DNA of 64,000 bases from Candidatus Limnocylindria bacterium. Its GTDB lineage: Bacteria; Chloroflexota; Limnocylindria; QHBO01. The first letter of the stretch is position 1, and each line of letters begins with the position of its first letter. The DNA lies in NCBI GenBank assembly GCA_044866355.1, contig JBIOTW010000033.1, positions 13,373 through 77,372 of the forward strand, written 5' to 3'. Below are positions 36,160 to 45,552 of the stretch, piece after piece. The translations under genes were made by a program, and so were the position numbers. The notes under the pieces are model-generated. The model was not told the origin of the DNA, ran no database searches, and saw nothing but the letters and a program-made list of their open reading frames with translations.

Positions 36160-38451
36160 TTGCTCGACCTTACGATGCCGAATCCGGCACGGCTCGCCCT
36201 TTCCTTCGGTCTGGCCCTGGCCATGGCCGTTTCGGCTGCCCTGGTGCCCCATTCGGTGCGGGCGGGAGCCGTTGGTCAGAAGGTGGTCGTCATCGTGGGC
36301 CCGGTCGGCGGCGGCTCGATCCAGGACAACTACCTCAACCGCGGTGAGCAGATCGCCCAGACCGCGGAGAACCTGGGCGCGACAGCGGTCCGCGTGTTCT
36401 CCCCGAACGCCACCTGGACGAACGTGATGGCCGCCGTCAACGGCGCCAACATCATCGTCTACATCGGCCACGGCAGCGGCTTTCCGAACCCATACGGGCC
36501 GAACCTGCTGGCGGACCGGACCAACGGCTGGGGCCTGAACCGGATCGCCGGGGCCGACGCGGCCGACCCCACCGGTCACGGCCATAACCTCTCGACCCAG
36601 ATGGTCTACTGCGGCGAGGCCGCCCTCGAGGGCAAGCCGCTGACGTCCTACAACTCGGCGTACTGCTCGGGTGGGCCTATCAGGCCCGCGCCGGGCTTCG
36701 CGATGGTGTACTCCAACGCGTGTTACGCGCCCGGGGCCGGCGAGACGGAGGAAACGACACCCAGCAGCGAGGCGACCGCCCTGGCTCGGGTGGGGTACTT
36801 CTCGCGGCCGATCCTGGCCCTGGGGGGCACCTACTTCGCCAGCGACGTCGGCTCCACGTCGGTGGTGCGGGAGATCCTCGAAAACCCGAACCGGAGCTTC
36901 GGCGAGATCTTCGCCATGGCCAACGGCTACTCGGCGACCGCTCTGCGGATGTTTCCGCACCCGCAGGTCGCCGGCAAGGAAGCCTGGATCCAGAAGACCC
37001 AGGGCCCCGGCGGCCTGTGGAGCTACTGGTATGCCTTCGCGGGCAATCCCAACCAGATGCCCCAGGCCGGGCCTCCGAACACGAACTTCAGCGCTTCGCC
37101 GACGGCCGGCCTCGAGCAGCTGACCGTGTCATTCACCAACAAGACCGCCACCTATGGCCCGACCACCTACGCGTGGGACTTCGATTCCAACGGATCGGTC
37201 GACTCGACTCAGGAGCACCCGCAGTGGGTGTACCCGACGGCCGGCACCTACACGGTGACGATGTCGGCCACGAGCAGCCTGGGTACCGATACGGAGACGA
37301 AGGCGAGCCACATCACGGTTCGGGCGCCCGTGCCGGGCAGGTATGTCCCGCTGGCTCCCGCGCGTCTTCTTGACTCCCGATTCGGCAACGGACTCTCCGG
37401 ACCGTTCACCGGCTTCGCCCCGCGCACGTTCCAGATCGCCGGCCGCGGCGGGGTCCCTTCCAACGCCGTGGCGGTAACCGGCAACCTGACCGTGACTAAC
37501 CAGGCCGGCGCCGGCTACGTCTACGTCGGCCCCGACCCGGTCCAGGTTCCGACCAGCTCGACCCTGAACTTCCCCGCCGGCGACACTCGGGCCAACGGAG
37601 TGACCGTGGCCCTGGGACAGACCGGGAGCCTGTCCGCGACACTCGGCCCGTCGGGCGGCAGCGCCGACCTGATCTTCGACGTGACCGGCTACTTCGTGCC
37701 CACCGGCGGGGCCACCTACTTCGCCGTGGCGCCGGCTCGCCTGCTTGACACACGCGCCGGCAACGGCCTGAGCGGGCCGTTCACCGCCCACACCCCGCGG
37801 ACCTTCCAGGTCAGCGGCCGGGGCGGGGTGCCGGCCAACGCGGTGGCGGTCACCGGCAACCTGACGGTCACCGGCCAGAGCGGCGCCGGATTCGTGTACC
37901 TGGGTCCCGACCCGGTGGCCAACCCGTCGAGCTCGACCCTGAACTTCCCGGCCGCCGACACCCGGGCCAACGGGGTCACTGTCGCGCTGGGCGCGGGTGG
38001 AACGCTGTCGGCGACATTCGGCTATTCCGGCGCGACTGAGCTGATCTTCGACGTGACCGGCTACTTCGTGAACGACGGGTCGGGGGCGACCTTCGTGCCC
38101 CTGTCGCCGTTCCGCCTGCTCGACACGCGGTTCGGCAACGGGCTGAGCGGGCCGTTCAGCGCCCAGAGCCCGCGGACGTTCCAGGTCCACGGCCGAGGCG
38201 GGGTCCCGGCCAGCGCCGTCGCGGTTACCGGCAACCTGACCGTCACGGGCCAGACGGCCTCTGGCTACGCGTATCTCGGGCCGGATCCCCTGGCCAATCC
38301 GCCAAGCTCGACCCTGAATTTCCCGTGGGGCGACACGCGGGCCAACGGCCTGACGGTGGCCCTCGGCGCGGGTGGGGTCCTGAGCGGGACGTACGGCTAC
38401 GCGGGGAGCACGGCCCTCATCTTCGACGTGACCGGGTATTTCAGGCCCTGA
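36160..38451 (+). CDS. Secreted multidomain protein: clan-CD (caspase/gingipain-fold) cysteine peptidase-like domain, PKD domain, then three tandem ~120-aa repeats
   Basis: 763 aa; signal peptide; His-Gly (IIVYIGHGSG) and Ala-Cys (YSNACYAPG) dyad in caspase-hemoglobinase-fold order; PKD motif AWDFDSNGSVDS; three repeats each starting (Y/F)VPL(A/S)PARLLDTR. Confidence 0.55.
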   Translation: MLDLTMPNPARLALSFGLALAMAVSAALVPHSVRAGAVGQKVVVIVGPVGGGSIQDNYLNRGEQIAQTAENLGATAVRVFSPNATWTNVMAAVNGANIIVYIGHGSGFPNPYGPNLLADRTNGWGLNRIAGADAADPTGHGHNLSTQMVYCGEAALEGKPLTSYNSAYCSGGPIRPAPGFAMVYSNACYAPGAGETEETTPSSEATALARVGYFSRPILALGGTYFASDVGSTSVVREILENPNRSFGEIFAMANGYSATALRMFPHPQVAGKEAWIQKTQGPGGLWSYWYAFAGNPNQMPQAGPPNTNFSASPTAGLEQLTVSFTNKTATYGPTTYAWDFDSNGSVDSTQEHPQWVYPTAGTYTVTMSATSSLGTDTETKASHITVRAPVPGRYVPLAPARLLDSRFGNGLSGPFTGFAPRTFQIAGRGGVPSNAVAVTGNLTVTNQAGAGYVYVGPDPVQVPTSSTLNFPAGDTRANGVTVALGQTGSLSATLGPSGGSADLIFDVTGYFVPTGGATYFAVAPARLLDTRAGNGLSGPFTAHTPRTFQVSGRGGVPANAVAVTGNLTVTGQSGAGFVYLGPDPVANPSSSTLNFPAADTRANGVTVALGAGGTLSATFGYSGATELIFDVTGYFVNDGSGATFVPLSPFRLLDTRFGNGLSGPFSAQSPRTFQVHGRGGVPASAVAVTGNLTVTGQTASGYAYLGPDPLANPPSSTLNFPWGDTRANGLTVALGAGGVLSGTYGYAGSTALIFDVTGYFRP
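37343..38448 (+). repeat. Three tandem ~366-nt coding repeats (~120-aa modules) at the 3' end of 36160-38451
   Basis: Near-identical strings recur (ttcgacgtgaccggctacttcgtg at ~37679 and ~38051; gtcaccggcaacctgaccgtcac at ~37480, ~37855, ~38227). Confidence 0.7.
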
Positions 38452-38649
38452 CGACCACGCCCTGACCGCGCGATGACCACGCCCTGACCGAAGGGGAATC
38501 TCGCTCCGGGCCGGTTGAACCCTGGCAGCCGATCGGCCCGGGAGGTTCGTACCATGGGCTTGCGGCCCTCACGTCGGTACGGTGCAGACCGCTGGAGTCC
38601 GGTGCGGTCGCCCCGGCTACCCGGCAGCTGACGAGGTCAATCGCCCGAC

Positions 38650-41517
38650 GTGCGTCGATTCCCCGCACCGAATTCAGTTGCGTTCACGGTCCTGCTGGCC
38701 GTGGCCACGGCGCTCGGCGCACCCCCGCCGGTCAGCGCCGTGGACCCTCCCGCCGGAGGCGTCCCCTGGCCGGTCCCCCCGACAGTGGCAGACGGACCCG
38801 TCACGCTGCCCAACGGGAAGGTGCTCCCCGTCGCGCCCCAGGGGCTCGGCCAACAGCAGTCGGTGCAGGCCGAGATGGAGGCACAGCACGCCCAGGAGGT
38901 CTTTGACTTCTTGCCGGGCGTGACGCCCGCACCGATGGCAGCGGCCGCCCCCGCATCGCTCGCCCGCGTATCGACCACCGGGAATCCGGCTAGCGCATCG
39001 CTGCTGGGACTGGCCGGCCCCAATGCCGCTCCCCGCGCCATCCCCAACCAGGGCCCCGCCGCCATCTACGCCGCCAGCCTGCCGAACGGGCTGCGCAAGG
39101 AGGTCCTCGGCTTCCTGCCGTACTGGATGCTCTCCGCCGATGAGCTGCAGTGGATGCGGTACGACCTGGTCACGACCATCGCCTACTTTGGCGTCGCCGC
39201 TCAGTCCGATGGCACCCTGGCCACCTACTCGACCGGGTGGTCCGGCTGGAACAGCTCCGCCATGACGGGCGTCATCAACGCCGCTCATGCGCGCGGGGTC
39301 CGGGTCGTCCTCACCGTGACCATGATGGCCTGGGATGGGGGAGCCCAGCAGGCTGCCCTGCTAGGCAGCGGATCGGCCCGGGCGCAGCTCGTCAACGCGA
39401 TCGTGGCCGCCGTTCGCGACCGAAACGCCGACGGCGTCAACCTCGACTTCGAGCCGGTTGGGGTGCCCCAACGCGACCAGTTCACTTCATTCGTGCGCCA
39501 GGTCAAGGCGGCTCTCGTGGCGGCCGGTATCGGCTCCTACCTGACCGTGTGCACCATGGCCGGGGCCGGCACCTGGGCCACCGGCTACGACCTGGCCGGG
39601 CTGGTTGCCGCGGGCGCCGCCGACCAGCTGTTCGTGATGGGCTACGACTACAGTTGGTCGGGCTCGGCTCGAGCCGGCGGCGTGGCGCCCATGGACTCGC
39701 CCTACATGCTCGACGTGAACGAGTCGGTCGCGGACTACCTCGACATCGTGCCCGGTTCCAAGGTCATCTGGGGAGTGCCGTACTACGGTCGGACCTGGCT
39801 GACCCAGTCGGATGCGCTGAATGCGTCGACCGTCCCCGGGGCGTCGGGCTCGTCGCGGGCCTACTACTACGTCGGGAACGTGGTGCTTTCCAACCGCTAT
39901 GGGCGGCTCTGGGACGCGGTCGGACAGGTGCCCTGGTTCCGCTATTACGACAGCACCGCCGCGTCCTGGGTCCAGGGCTACTACGACGATGCGGTGTCGC
40001 TCGCCGCGAAGTGGGACATGGTCAACCAGCAGGATCTGGCTGGCACCGGCATGTGGACGCTCCTTATGGATGGAGGCAGCTCGGACCTGTGGAACGTTCT
40101 CGCCAGCAAGTTCCTGACCCCGCTGCCCTTGCCCGTGTCCGAGACCTACGACCCGCCGCGGACCCTCTATTTCGCGGCGGGCACCTACGTTGGCCGCCAG
40201 TTCAACGCCACCGGCGCCATCACCGCCAGTCTCCCGTACACGCTGGCCAACCCCTCGAACGCGCCGACCAGCCAGCGCAGCACGATCCCCAACCAGCCCG
40301 GGAGCTGGTACCACATCACGGCCGGCGTGTGGGCCGGCTACTGGATTCAGGAGTCGGCCGGGACCGTCCTGGGCCCTCCACCAACGCCACCGCCCACGAC
40401 CTTCGTGCCGCTTTCCCCGGCCCGGGTCCTGGACACCAGGATCGGGACCGGGCTGGGTGGGCCGTTCAGCCCGCATAGCCCGCGCACGTTCCAGGTTGGC
40501 GGCGTCAGCGGAGTGCCTGCCACAGCGACCGCGGTCACGGGCACGCTGACGGTTACGAACACGACCCAGCCCGGGTCGGTGTACCTCGGCCCCAACTCGC
40601 TCACGCACCCATCAAGCTCGACCCTGAACCTGCCCGCGGGCGATACCCGGGCCAGCGGTGTCACCGTGGCCCTCAGCCCGAGCGGGGCCCTGAGCGCGAC
40701 GTTCAGCGCGGCAGGGGGCACTACTGACGTGGTGTTTGACGTGACTGGCTACTTTGTGCCCGATTCGAGCGGGACAACCTTCGTGCCTCTGGCTCCCGCC
40801 CGACTGCTCGATACTCGGAACGGCACCGGCCTGGCCGGGCCATTCAGTCCCCACGCCCCGCGCACGATTGCGGTCGCCGGCTCTGGTGGGGTGCCCGCCA
40901 CCGCGACCGCCGTCACCGGCACCCTGACCGTCACCAACGCGAACGCGCCCGGCTATGTGTACATCGGGCCCGACCCGGTTGCGCAGCCGACCAGTTCGAC
41001 TCTGAATCTGCCGGCCGGCGACACCCGCGCCACCGGGGTGACGGTGGCACTGGGCAGTGGCGGGACCCTGAGCCTGACCTTTGGCGCGGCTGCTGGCCGC
41101 GCGGATCTGGTGTTCGACGTGACCGGCTACTTCGTCCCCGGTGGAAGCGGCGCACGCTTCGTGCCACTCAACCCGGCCCGCCTCCTGGACACCCGGATCG
41201 GGAACGGATTGGCCGGCCCGTTCGGCCCCGGCACCCCGCGCACATTCGCGGCCGCCGGCCGCGGCGGGGTGCCGACCACCGCGACGGGGGTCACCGGCAC
41301 GCTGACCATCACCAACTCGACCGCGGGAGGCTGGGCCTACCTCGGTCCCGCGCCCCTCGCGACCCCGTCGAGCTCCACCCTGAATGTCCCGGCCGGCGAC
41401 ACGCGGGCCACCGGGGTGACGGTCGCCCTCGGCACGGGCGGGACCCTGAGCGCGACCACCGGCTACGCGGGCAGCGCCGACTTGGTGTTCGACGTGACCG
41501 GCTATTTCGTGCCCTGA
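38650..41517 (+). CDS. Secreted glycoside hydrolase family 18 (chitinase/peptidoglycan hydrolase-like) protein with three C-terminal ~120-aa repeats of the same family
   Basis: 955 aa; GTG start, signal peptide; GH18 catalytic motif DGVNLDFEP; ~100-aa linker domain; three repeats matching those of the upstream protein. Confidence 0.7.
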   Translation: MRRFPAPNSVAFTVLLAVATALGAPPPVSAVDPPAGGVPWPVPPTVADGPVTLPNGKVLPVAPQGLGQQQSVQAEMEAQHAQEVFDFLPGVTPAPMAAAAPASLARVSTTGNPASASLLGLAGPNAAPRAIPNQGPAAIYAASLPNGLRKEVLGFLPYWMLSADELQWMRYDLVTTIAYFGVAAQSDGTLATYSTGWSGWNSSAMTGVINAAHARGVRVVLTVTMMAWDGGAQQAALLGSGSARAQLVNAIVAAVRDRNADGVNLDFEPVGVPQRDQFTSFVRQVKAALVAAGIGSYLTVCTMAGAGTWATGYDLAGLVAAGAADQLFVMGYDYSWSGSARAGGVAPMDSPYMLDVNESVADYLDIVPGSKVIWGVPYYGRTWLTQSDALNASTVPGASGSSRAYYYVGNVVLSNRYGRLWDAVGQVPWFRYYDSTAASWVQGYYDDAVSLAAKWDMVNQQDLAGTGMWTLLMDGGSSDLWNVLASKFLTPLPLPVSETYDPPRTLYFAAGTYVGRQFNATGAITASLPYTLANPSNAPTSQRSTIPNQPGSWYHITAGVWAGYWIQESAGTVLGPPPTPPPTTFVPLSPARVLDTRIGTGLGGPFSPHSPRTFQVGGVSGVPATATAVTGTLTVTNTTQPGSVYLGPNSLTHPSSSTLNLPAGDTRASGVTVALSPSGALSATFSAAGGTTDVVFDVTGYFVPDSSGTTFVPLAPARLLDTRNGTGLAGPFSPHAPRTIAVAGSGGVPATATAVTGTLTVTNANAPGYVYIGPDPVAQPTSSTLNLPAGDTRATGVTVALGSGGTLSLTFGAAAGRADLVFDVTGYFVPGGSGARFVPLNPARLLDTRIGNGLAGPFGPGTPRTFAAAGRGGVPTTATGVTGTLTITNSTAGGWAYLGPAPLATPSSSTLNVPAGDTRATGVTVALGTGGTLSATTGYAGSADLVFDVTGYFVP
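40404..41514 (+). repeat. Three tandem ~370-nt coding repeats at the 3' end of 38650-41517, same family as 37343-38448
   Basis: ttcgacgtgaccggctacttcgtc at ~41113 and ~41491 and tttgacgtgactggctactttgtg at ~40738 recur with the upstream gene's repeat ends. Confidence 0.7.
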
Positions 41518-41533
41518 TCCGGGCCGGCCGGGA

Positions 41534-42454
41534 TCAAATCTGCTCTGATCGGGACTGGCGCGCCGCCAGCACCCGCTCCCACACGGTCCGCATCCCGGCG
41601 CGATAGCGCTCCACGCTGAACCGTTCCGCGCCCGCCGCCACCGCGGCGGGGTCGTAGTCCGGAACGCGCGCCAGCGCCCCCGCGTAGTCGCCGTCACGGA
41701 CGAGCGTGCCCGTGACGCCATCGGTCACGATGTCGGCCAGCCCGCCGACCGCGCTGGCCACGACCCACCGCCCGGAGGCGATCGCCTCCGCCGCCACTAG
41801 CCCATACGGCTCCTCGCGCGACGGAACGAGCACCACGTCATGGCTGGCCATCAAAGCGGGCACCTGGGTGGGATCGACCTCGTCGATGCCCGGCCCAACG
41901 AGCGTGTCGGCCAGTTGGCGCGCCACGTCCACGCCCTTGTCCGCAACGTCGCCCCCCAGATACAGGACCCGCCGTTGCGCCGGTCTGGGCGTAGGGCCGA
42001 AGCGGGCGAGGTCGATGCCGGGTGGGATGATTTCGGCCCGCCCACCGAGCCGGGCGACCTGCTCCGCCGTCTCACCGGAATTCGCCAGCACCGCGTCCGC
42101 GGACGCGATCACGCGGCGCGCCAGCCAGCGGTGTAGGGCCGAACGGTGAGCCGCATCCCGGACATCGGTGCCGTGGGCGTACACGACCAACGGCAACCCG
42201 CGCAACCGAGCCCCGATCAGGGCTGCAGGGCCGGTCGCCAGCACGAAGTGCGCCTCCACGCCATCGAATCGGCCGCGCCTGGCCATCGCCTCCCAGACGA
42301 GCCGGGCGAAACGCGCCCAGCGCGGACCGTCATATCGGTGCGGGGCAACCACGGTCGCCTGCAGGCCCGGATCGGCGAGCCGATCCCGGACGAAGGCCCC
42401 GGCCGCTGGTCGATCGGCAGTCGGGTACCGGGCGGTCACGACCAGCAGGCGCAT
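41534..42454 (-). CDS. Glycosyltransferase family 4 (GT-B, group 1)
   Basis: Internal ATG at 42452-42454 ([11 protein letters not shown]) gives ~306 aa; EX7E-like C-terminal region ([15 protein letters not shown]). Upstream part of the track ORF is Arg/Pro junk. Confidence 0.65.
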   Translation of the reverse strand: MRLLVVTARYPTADRPAAGAFVRDRLADPGLQATVVAPHRYDGPRWARFARLVWEAMARRGRFDGVEAHFVLATGPAALIGARLRGLPLVVYAHGTDVRDAAHRSALHRWLARRVIASADAVLANSGETAEQVARLGGRAEIIPPGIDLARFGPTPRPAQRRVLYLGGDVADKGVDVARQLADTLVGPGIDEVDPTQVPALMASHDVVLVPSREEPYGLVAAEAIASGRWVVASAVGGLADIVTDGVTGTLVRDGDYAGALARVPDYDPAAVAAGAERFSVERYRAGMRTVWERVLAARQSRSEQI

Positions 42455-42489
42455 GGAGCTCGACGGTAGCACGCGTAGAATCGCGGGCA

Positions 42490-43224
42490 ATGTCGACCAT
42501 CGCCGCTCCCCGTCGGGCGGATGGGCGCCTGCCCAACCAGCTTCGTCCGGTGAAGATCGTGCCGGACTACCTGAAGTTCGCGGAAGGTTCGGCCCTGATC
42601 CGGGTGGGCGAGACGCGCGTGCTGTGCGCGGCGACCCTCGAGGACCGCGTGCCGCCATTCCTGCGCGGCAAGGGAACCGGCTGGGTGACTGCCGAGTACA
42701 GCATGCTGCCCCGGGCCGGCACCGAGCGCACCCCACGCGAGGCGAGCACCGGCAAGATCGGGGGGCGTACGCACGAGATCCAGCGCCTCATCGGCCGCTC
42801 CCTGCGCCAGGTGGTCGACCTGTCACGCCTGGGGGAGCGCAGCGTGACCCTCGACTGCGACGTCATCCAGGCCGATGGCGGGACCCGGACGGCCTCGATC
42901 ACCGGCGCCTACGTGGCCCTGGCGCGAGCCCTGAATCGGTATGGCATGGGTCACCTGCTGACCGGCCAGGTGGCGGCGGTGAGCGTCGGAATGGCGGGCG
43001 GGACGCTCCTCCTGGACCTCGACTACGCCGAGGACTCGTCGGCCGGGGTGGACTTCAACGTCGTCATGCTCGACAACGGGCGCTTCGTCGAGGTGCAGGG
43101 CACAGCCGAGCAGACTCCGTTCAGCGCCGAGCAGATGACCGAGATGGTGACCCTCGCCGCGGCGGGGATCCGCCAGCTGTACGAGCTGCAACGCGAGGCC
43201 ATCGCCGCCCCAGCCACCGAGTGA
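42490..43224 (+). CDS. rph: Ribonuclease PH
   Basis: 244 aa; [54 protein letters not shown]. Confidence 0.9.
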   Translation: MSTIAAPRRADGRLPNQLRPVKIVPDYLKFAEGSALIRVGETRVLCAATLEDRVPPFLRGKGTGWVTAEYSMLPRAGTERTPREASTGKIGGRTHEIQRLIGRSLRQVVDLSRLGERSVTLDCDVIQADGGTRTASITGAYVALARALNRYGMGHLLTGQVAAVSVGMAGGTLLLDLDYAEDSSAGVDFNVVMLDNGRFVEVQGTAEQTPFSAEQMTEMVTLAAAGIRQLYELQREAIAAPATE

Positions 43225-43856
43225 GTCGGCTGCTGGTCGCCACCAATAACCCGGGAAAGCTGGCCGAGTATCGGCGCCTGCTGGCGCCCCTGGACGCGGA
43301 CGTGGTGAGCCCCGGCCAGATCGGCCTGGTGATGGACGTGCTCGAACCGTACGCGACCTACGCGGAGAACGCCGCCGCCAAGGCGACGGCCTTCTGCCTG
43401 GCGTCGGGCGAGATCACGCTGGCCGACGACTCCGGCATTGAGGCGGCGGCCCTCGACTGGGGGCCCGGCGTCCACTCGGCCCGGTCCGCGCCACCAGGCG
43501 GTCCCCCCGGTCCGGATCTGCTGCTCACCCGACTGGCCACTGCCACGGACCGTCGGGCGCGGATGGTGTGCTGGATCGCCCTGGCCGTGCCGGACCCGAG
43601 CCGCCGCACCGCTCCGCGAGTCGAGCTGTTCGAGGGCGTCATGGAGGGCCGGATCGCCACCCAGCGCCGGGGTGAGGGCGGCTTCGGGTATGACCCCATC
43701 TTCGAGCTCCCGGACGGGCGGACCACGGCCGAGATCCCCGAGGCCAGGAAGGATGCCCAGTCCCATCGCGGTCGGGCGGTGGCGTCCGCGTTGCCGCGCC
43801 TGCGGGAGGTCCTCTCGGCCCGCGCTAGAATGCCGGCGACAGCGGAGGACGCATGA
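43221..43856 (+). CDS. rdgB: Non-canonical purine NTP pyrophosphatase (RdgB/HAM1)
   Basis: GTG overlapping the rph stop; [31 protein letters not shown]. Confidence 0.85.
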   Translation: MSRLLVATNNPGKLAEYRRLLAPLDADVVSPGQIGLVMDVLEPYATYAENAAAKATAFCLASGEITLADDSGIEAAALDWGPGVHSARSAPPGGPPGPDLLLTRLATATDRRARMVCWIALAVPDPSRRTAPRVELFEGVMEGRIATQRRGEGGFGYDPIFELPDGRTTAEIPEARKDAQSHRGRAVASALPRLREVLSARARMPATAEDA

Positions 43857-44455
43857 ACGAAGGCTCGTCCGTGCGCATCCACCCAACGGCCGACGTGTCC
43901 GCCGACGCGGTCATCGGCCCCGGCACCAGCATCTGGAACCAGACCCAGGTCCGCGAGCGTGCCCGGATCGGGTCGGACTGCGTGCTCGGCAAGAACGTGT
44001 ACGTCGACCTGGACGTGGTCGTGGGGGATCGGGTCAAGATCCAGAACAACGCCTCGCTGTTCCACGGTGTGACCGTCGAGGACGGCGTGTTCATCGGTCC
44101 CCACGTATGCCTCACGAATGACCGATTGCCCCGCGCGGTGAACCCGGACGGATCAGCCAAGACCGATGCCGACTGGGACGTGGGCCCCATTCGAGTCCGC
44201 ACCGGGGCCGCGCTCGGCGCGGCCAGCGTGGTCCTGCCGGGGGTCACCATCGGGCGCTGGGCGCTGGTCGGAGCGGGCAGCGTGGTGACCCGCGACGTTG
44301 CGGACTACGCGATGGTGCTCGGCAACCCGGCCCGTCGGATCGGGAGCGCCTGCCCCTGTGGAGAGCCCCTGCGCGACGGGCCGGACGGGACGCCGTTCAG
44401 CGGTCCGTGCCCCAGCTGCGGGCGCCAGTTCCCCCCGGTGGAGGATGCCGCGTGA
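43853..44455 (+). CDS. Left-handed beta-helix (hexapeptide) sugar N-acetyltransferase, WbpD/WlbB-like, with C-terminal Cys4 zinc ribbon
   Basis: 200 aa; hexapeptide repeats (IGPGTSIWNQTQV, IGSDCVLGKNVYV, IGRWALVGAGSVV); C-terminal CPCGEP...CPSCG. Confidence 0.7.
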   Translation: MNEGSSVRIHPTADVSADAVIGPGTSIWNQTQVRERARIGSDCVLGKNVYVDLDVVVGDRVKIQNNASLFHGVTVEDGVFIGPHVCLTNDRLPRAVNPDGSAKTDADWDVGPIRVRTGAALGAASVVLPGVTIGRWALVGAGSVVTRDVADYAMVLGNPARRIGSACPCGEPLRDGPDGTPFSGPCPSCGRQFPPVEDAA

Positions 44456-45552
44456 AGGTCGTCTCGGTGGTGGGTGCCCGACCCCAGTTCATCAAGGCGG
44501 CGCCGGTCAGCCGCGTCCTGCGGGAAGACCATCACGAGGTCCTGGTTCACACCGGCCAGCATTACGACGACGCGATGAGCGCGGTGTTCTTCCGCGATCT
44601 CGACATGGCGCCACCGGACCGCGATCTGGAGGTCGGCAGCGGGACCCATGGCCATCAGACCGCCGAGATGCTGCGCCGCCTGGAGCCGCTCCTGACCGAG
44701 GAGGCGCCGGACGTGGTCCTGGTCTACGGGGACACGAACTCCACCCTGGCCGGCGCCCTGGTCGCCGCCAAGATGGTGGATCCCGCGGGGCGCCGGCCGT
44801 GGCTCGCCCACGTGGAGGCCGGCCTGCGCTCGTTCAACCCGGCCATGCCCGAGGAGCGCAACCGGATCGTGGCGGATCATCTGTCCGACCTGGCCCTGGC
44901 GCCCACTCCTGCGGCCATGGCCAATCTCGCGCGCGAGGGCCTGGCTGAACGCGCGGAGATGGTCGGCGACGTCATGGTGGACGCCTTTGTGGCCGCGTCC
45001 GGGCGCGCCGACGACCATTTGCCGGCCGAGGCCGAGCCCGGGCCGTACCTGCTCCTCACCCTCCACCGCCCATCCAACGTGGATGATCCCGCGCGCCTCG
45101 ACGCATGGCTGACCGCGGTGGCCGGGGAGGCGGGTCGCGTCCTGTTCCCGATCCATCCGCGCACGCGGGGCGTCCTCGAGCGGGCGGGGATCGAGGCACC
45201 GTCGGGCGTCACCCTCCTCGAGCCGCAGGGCTACCTGGCGATGGTCGCCCTGGAGCGCGCCGCACGGGTCATCGCCACCGACTCGGGCGGGGTTCAGAAG
45301 GAGGCGTACCTCGCCAGCGTTCCCTGCGTCACCCTGCGCGCCGAGACTGAGTGGGTGGAAACCCTCGAGACCGGCTGGAACCGGCTGTGCCCCGAGCCCA
45401 GCGACGCTCCAGCCGCCATCCGCGCCGCCGAGGCGTTCGACCGCACGGCACCGAGGCCGGCACTCTTCGGCGACGGGCAGGCCGCGGGTCGGATCGTCGC
45501 CGCGCTGGAGCGCCTGACCTTAAGCCGCGCCTCCGCCCTGGTGGCGTCGTGA
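44452..45552 (+). CDS. UDP-N-acetylglucosamine (or diacetamido-uronate) 2-epimerase, WecB/WbpI-like
   Basis: GTG overlapping the upstream stop; KVVSVVGARPQFIKAAPV, HTGQHYD, GDTNSTLAGALVAAK, DSGGVQKEA. Confidence 0.85.
   Translation: MKVVSVVGARPQFIKAAPVSRVLREDHHEVLVHTGQHYDDAMSAVFFRDLDMAPPDRDLEVGSGTHGHQTAEMLRRLEPLLTEEAPDVVLVYGDTNSTLAGALVAAKMVDPAGRRPWLAHVEAGLRSFNPAMPEERNRIVADHLSDLALAPTPAAMANLAREGLAERAEMVGDVMVDAFVAASGRADDHLPAEAEPGPYLLLTLHRPSNVDDPARLDAWLTAVAGEAGRVLFPIHPRTRGVLERAGIEAPSGVTLLEPQGYLAMVALERAARVIATDSGGVQKEAYLASVPCVTLRAETEWVETLETGWNRLCPEPSDAPAAIRAAEAFDRTAPRPALFGDGQAAGRIVAALERLTLSRASALVAS

Noticed and set aside
33265-36960. Minus-strand ORFs 33265-34968 and 35437-36960, plus-strand 33645-35360
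   Set aside because: Antisense or out of frame relative to glgE, mreB and mreC, all of which have strong family signatures.
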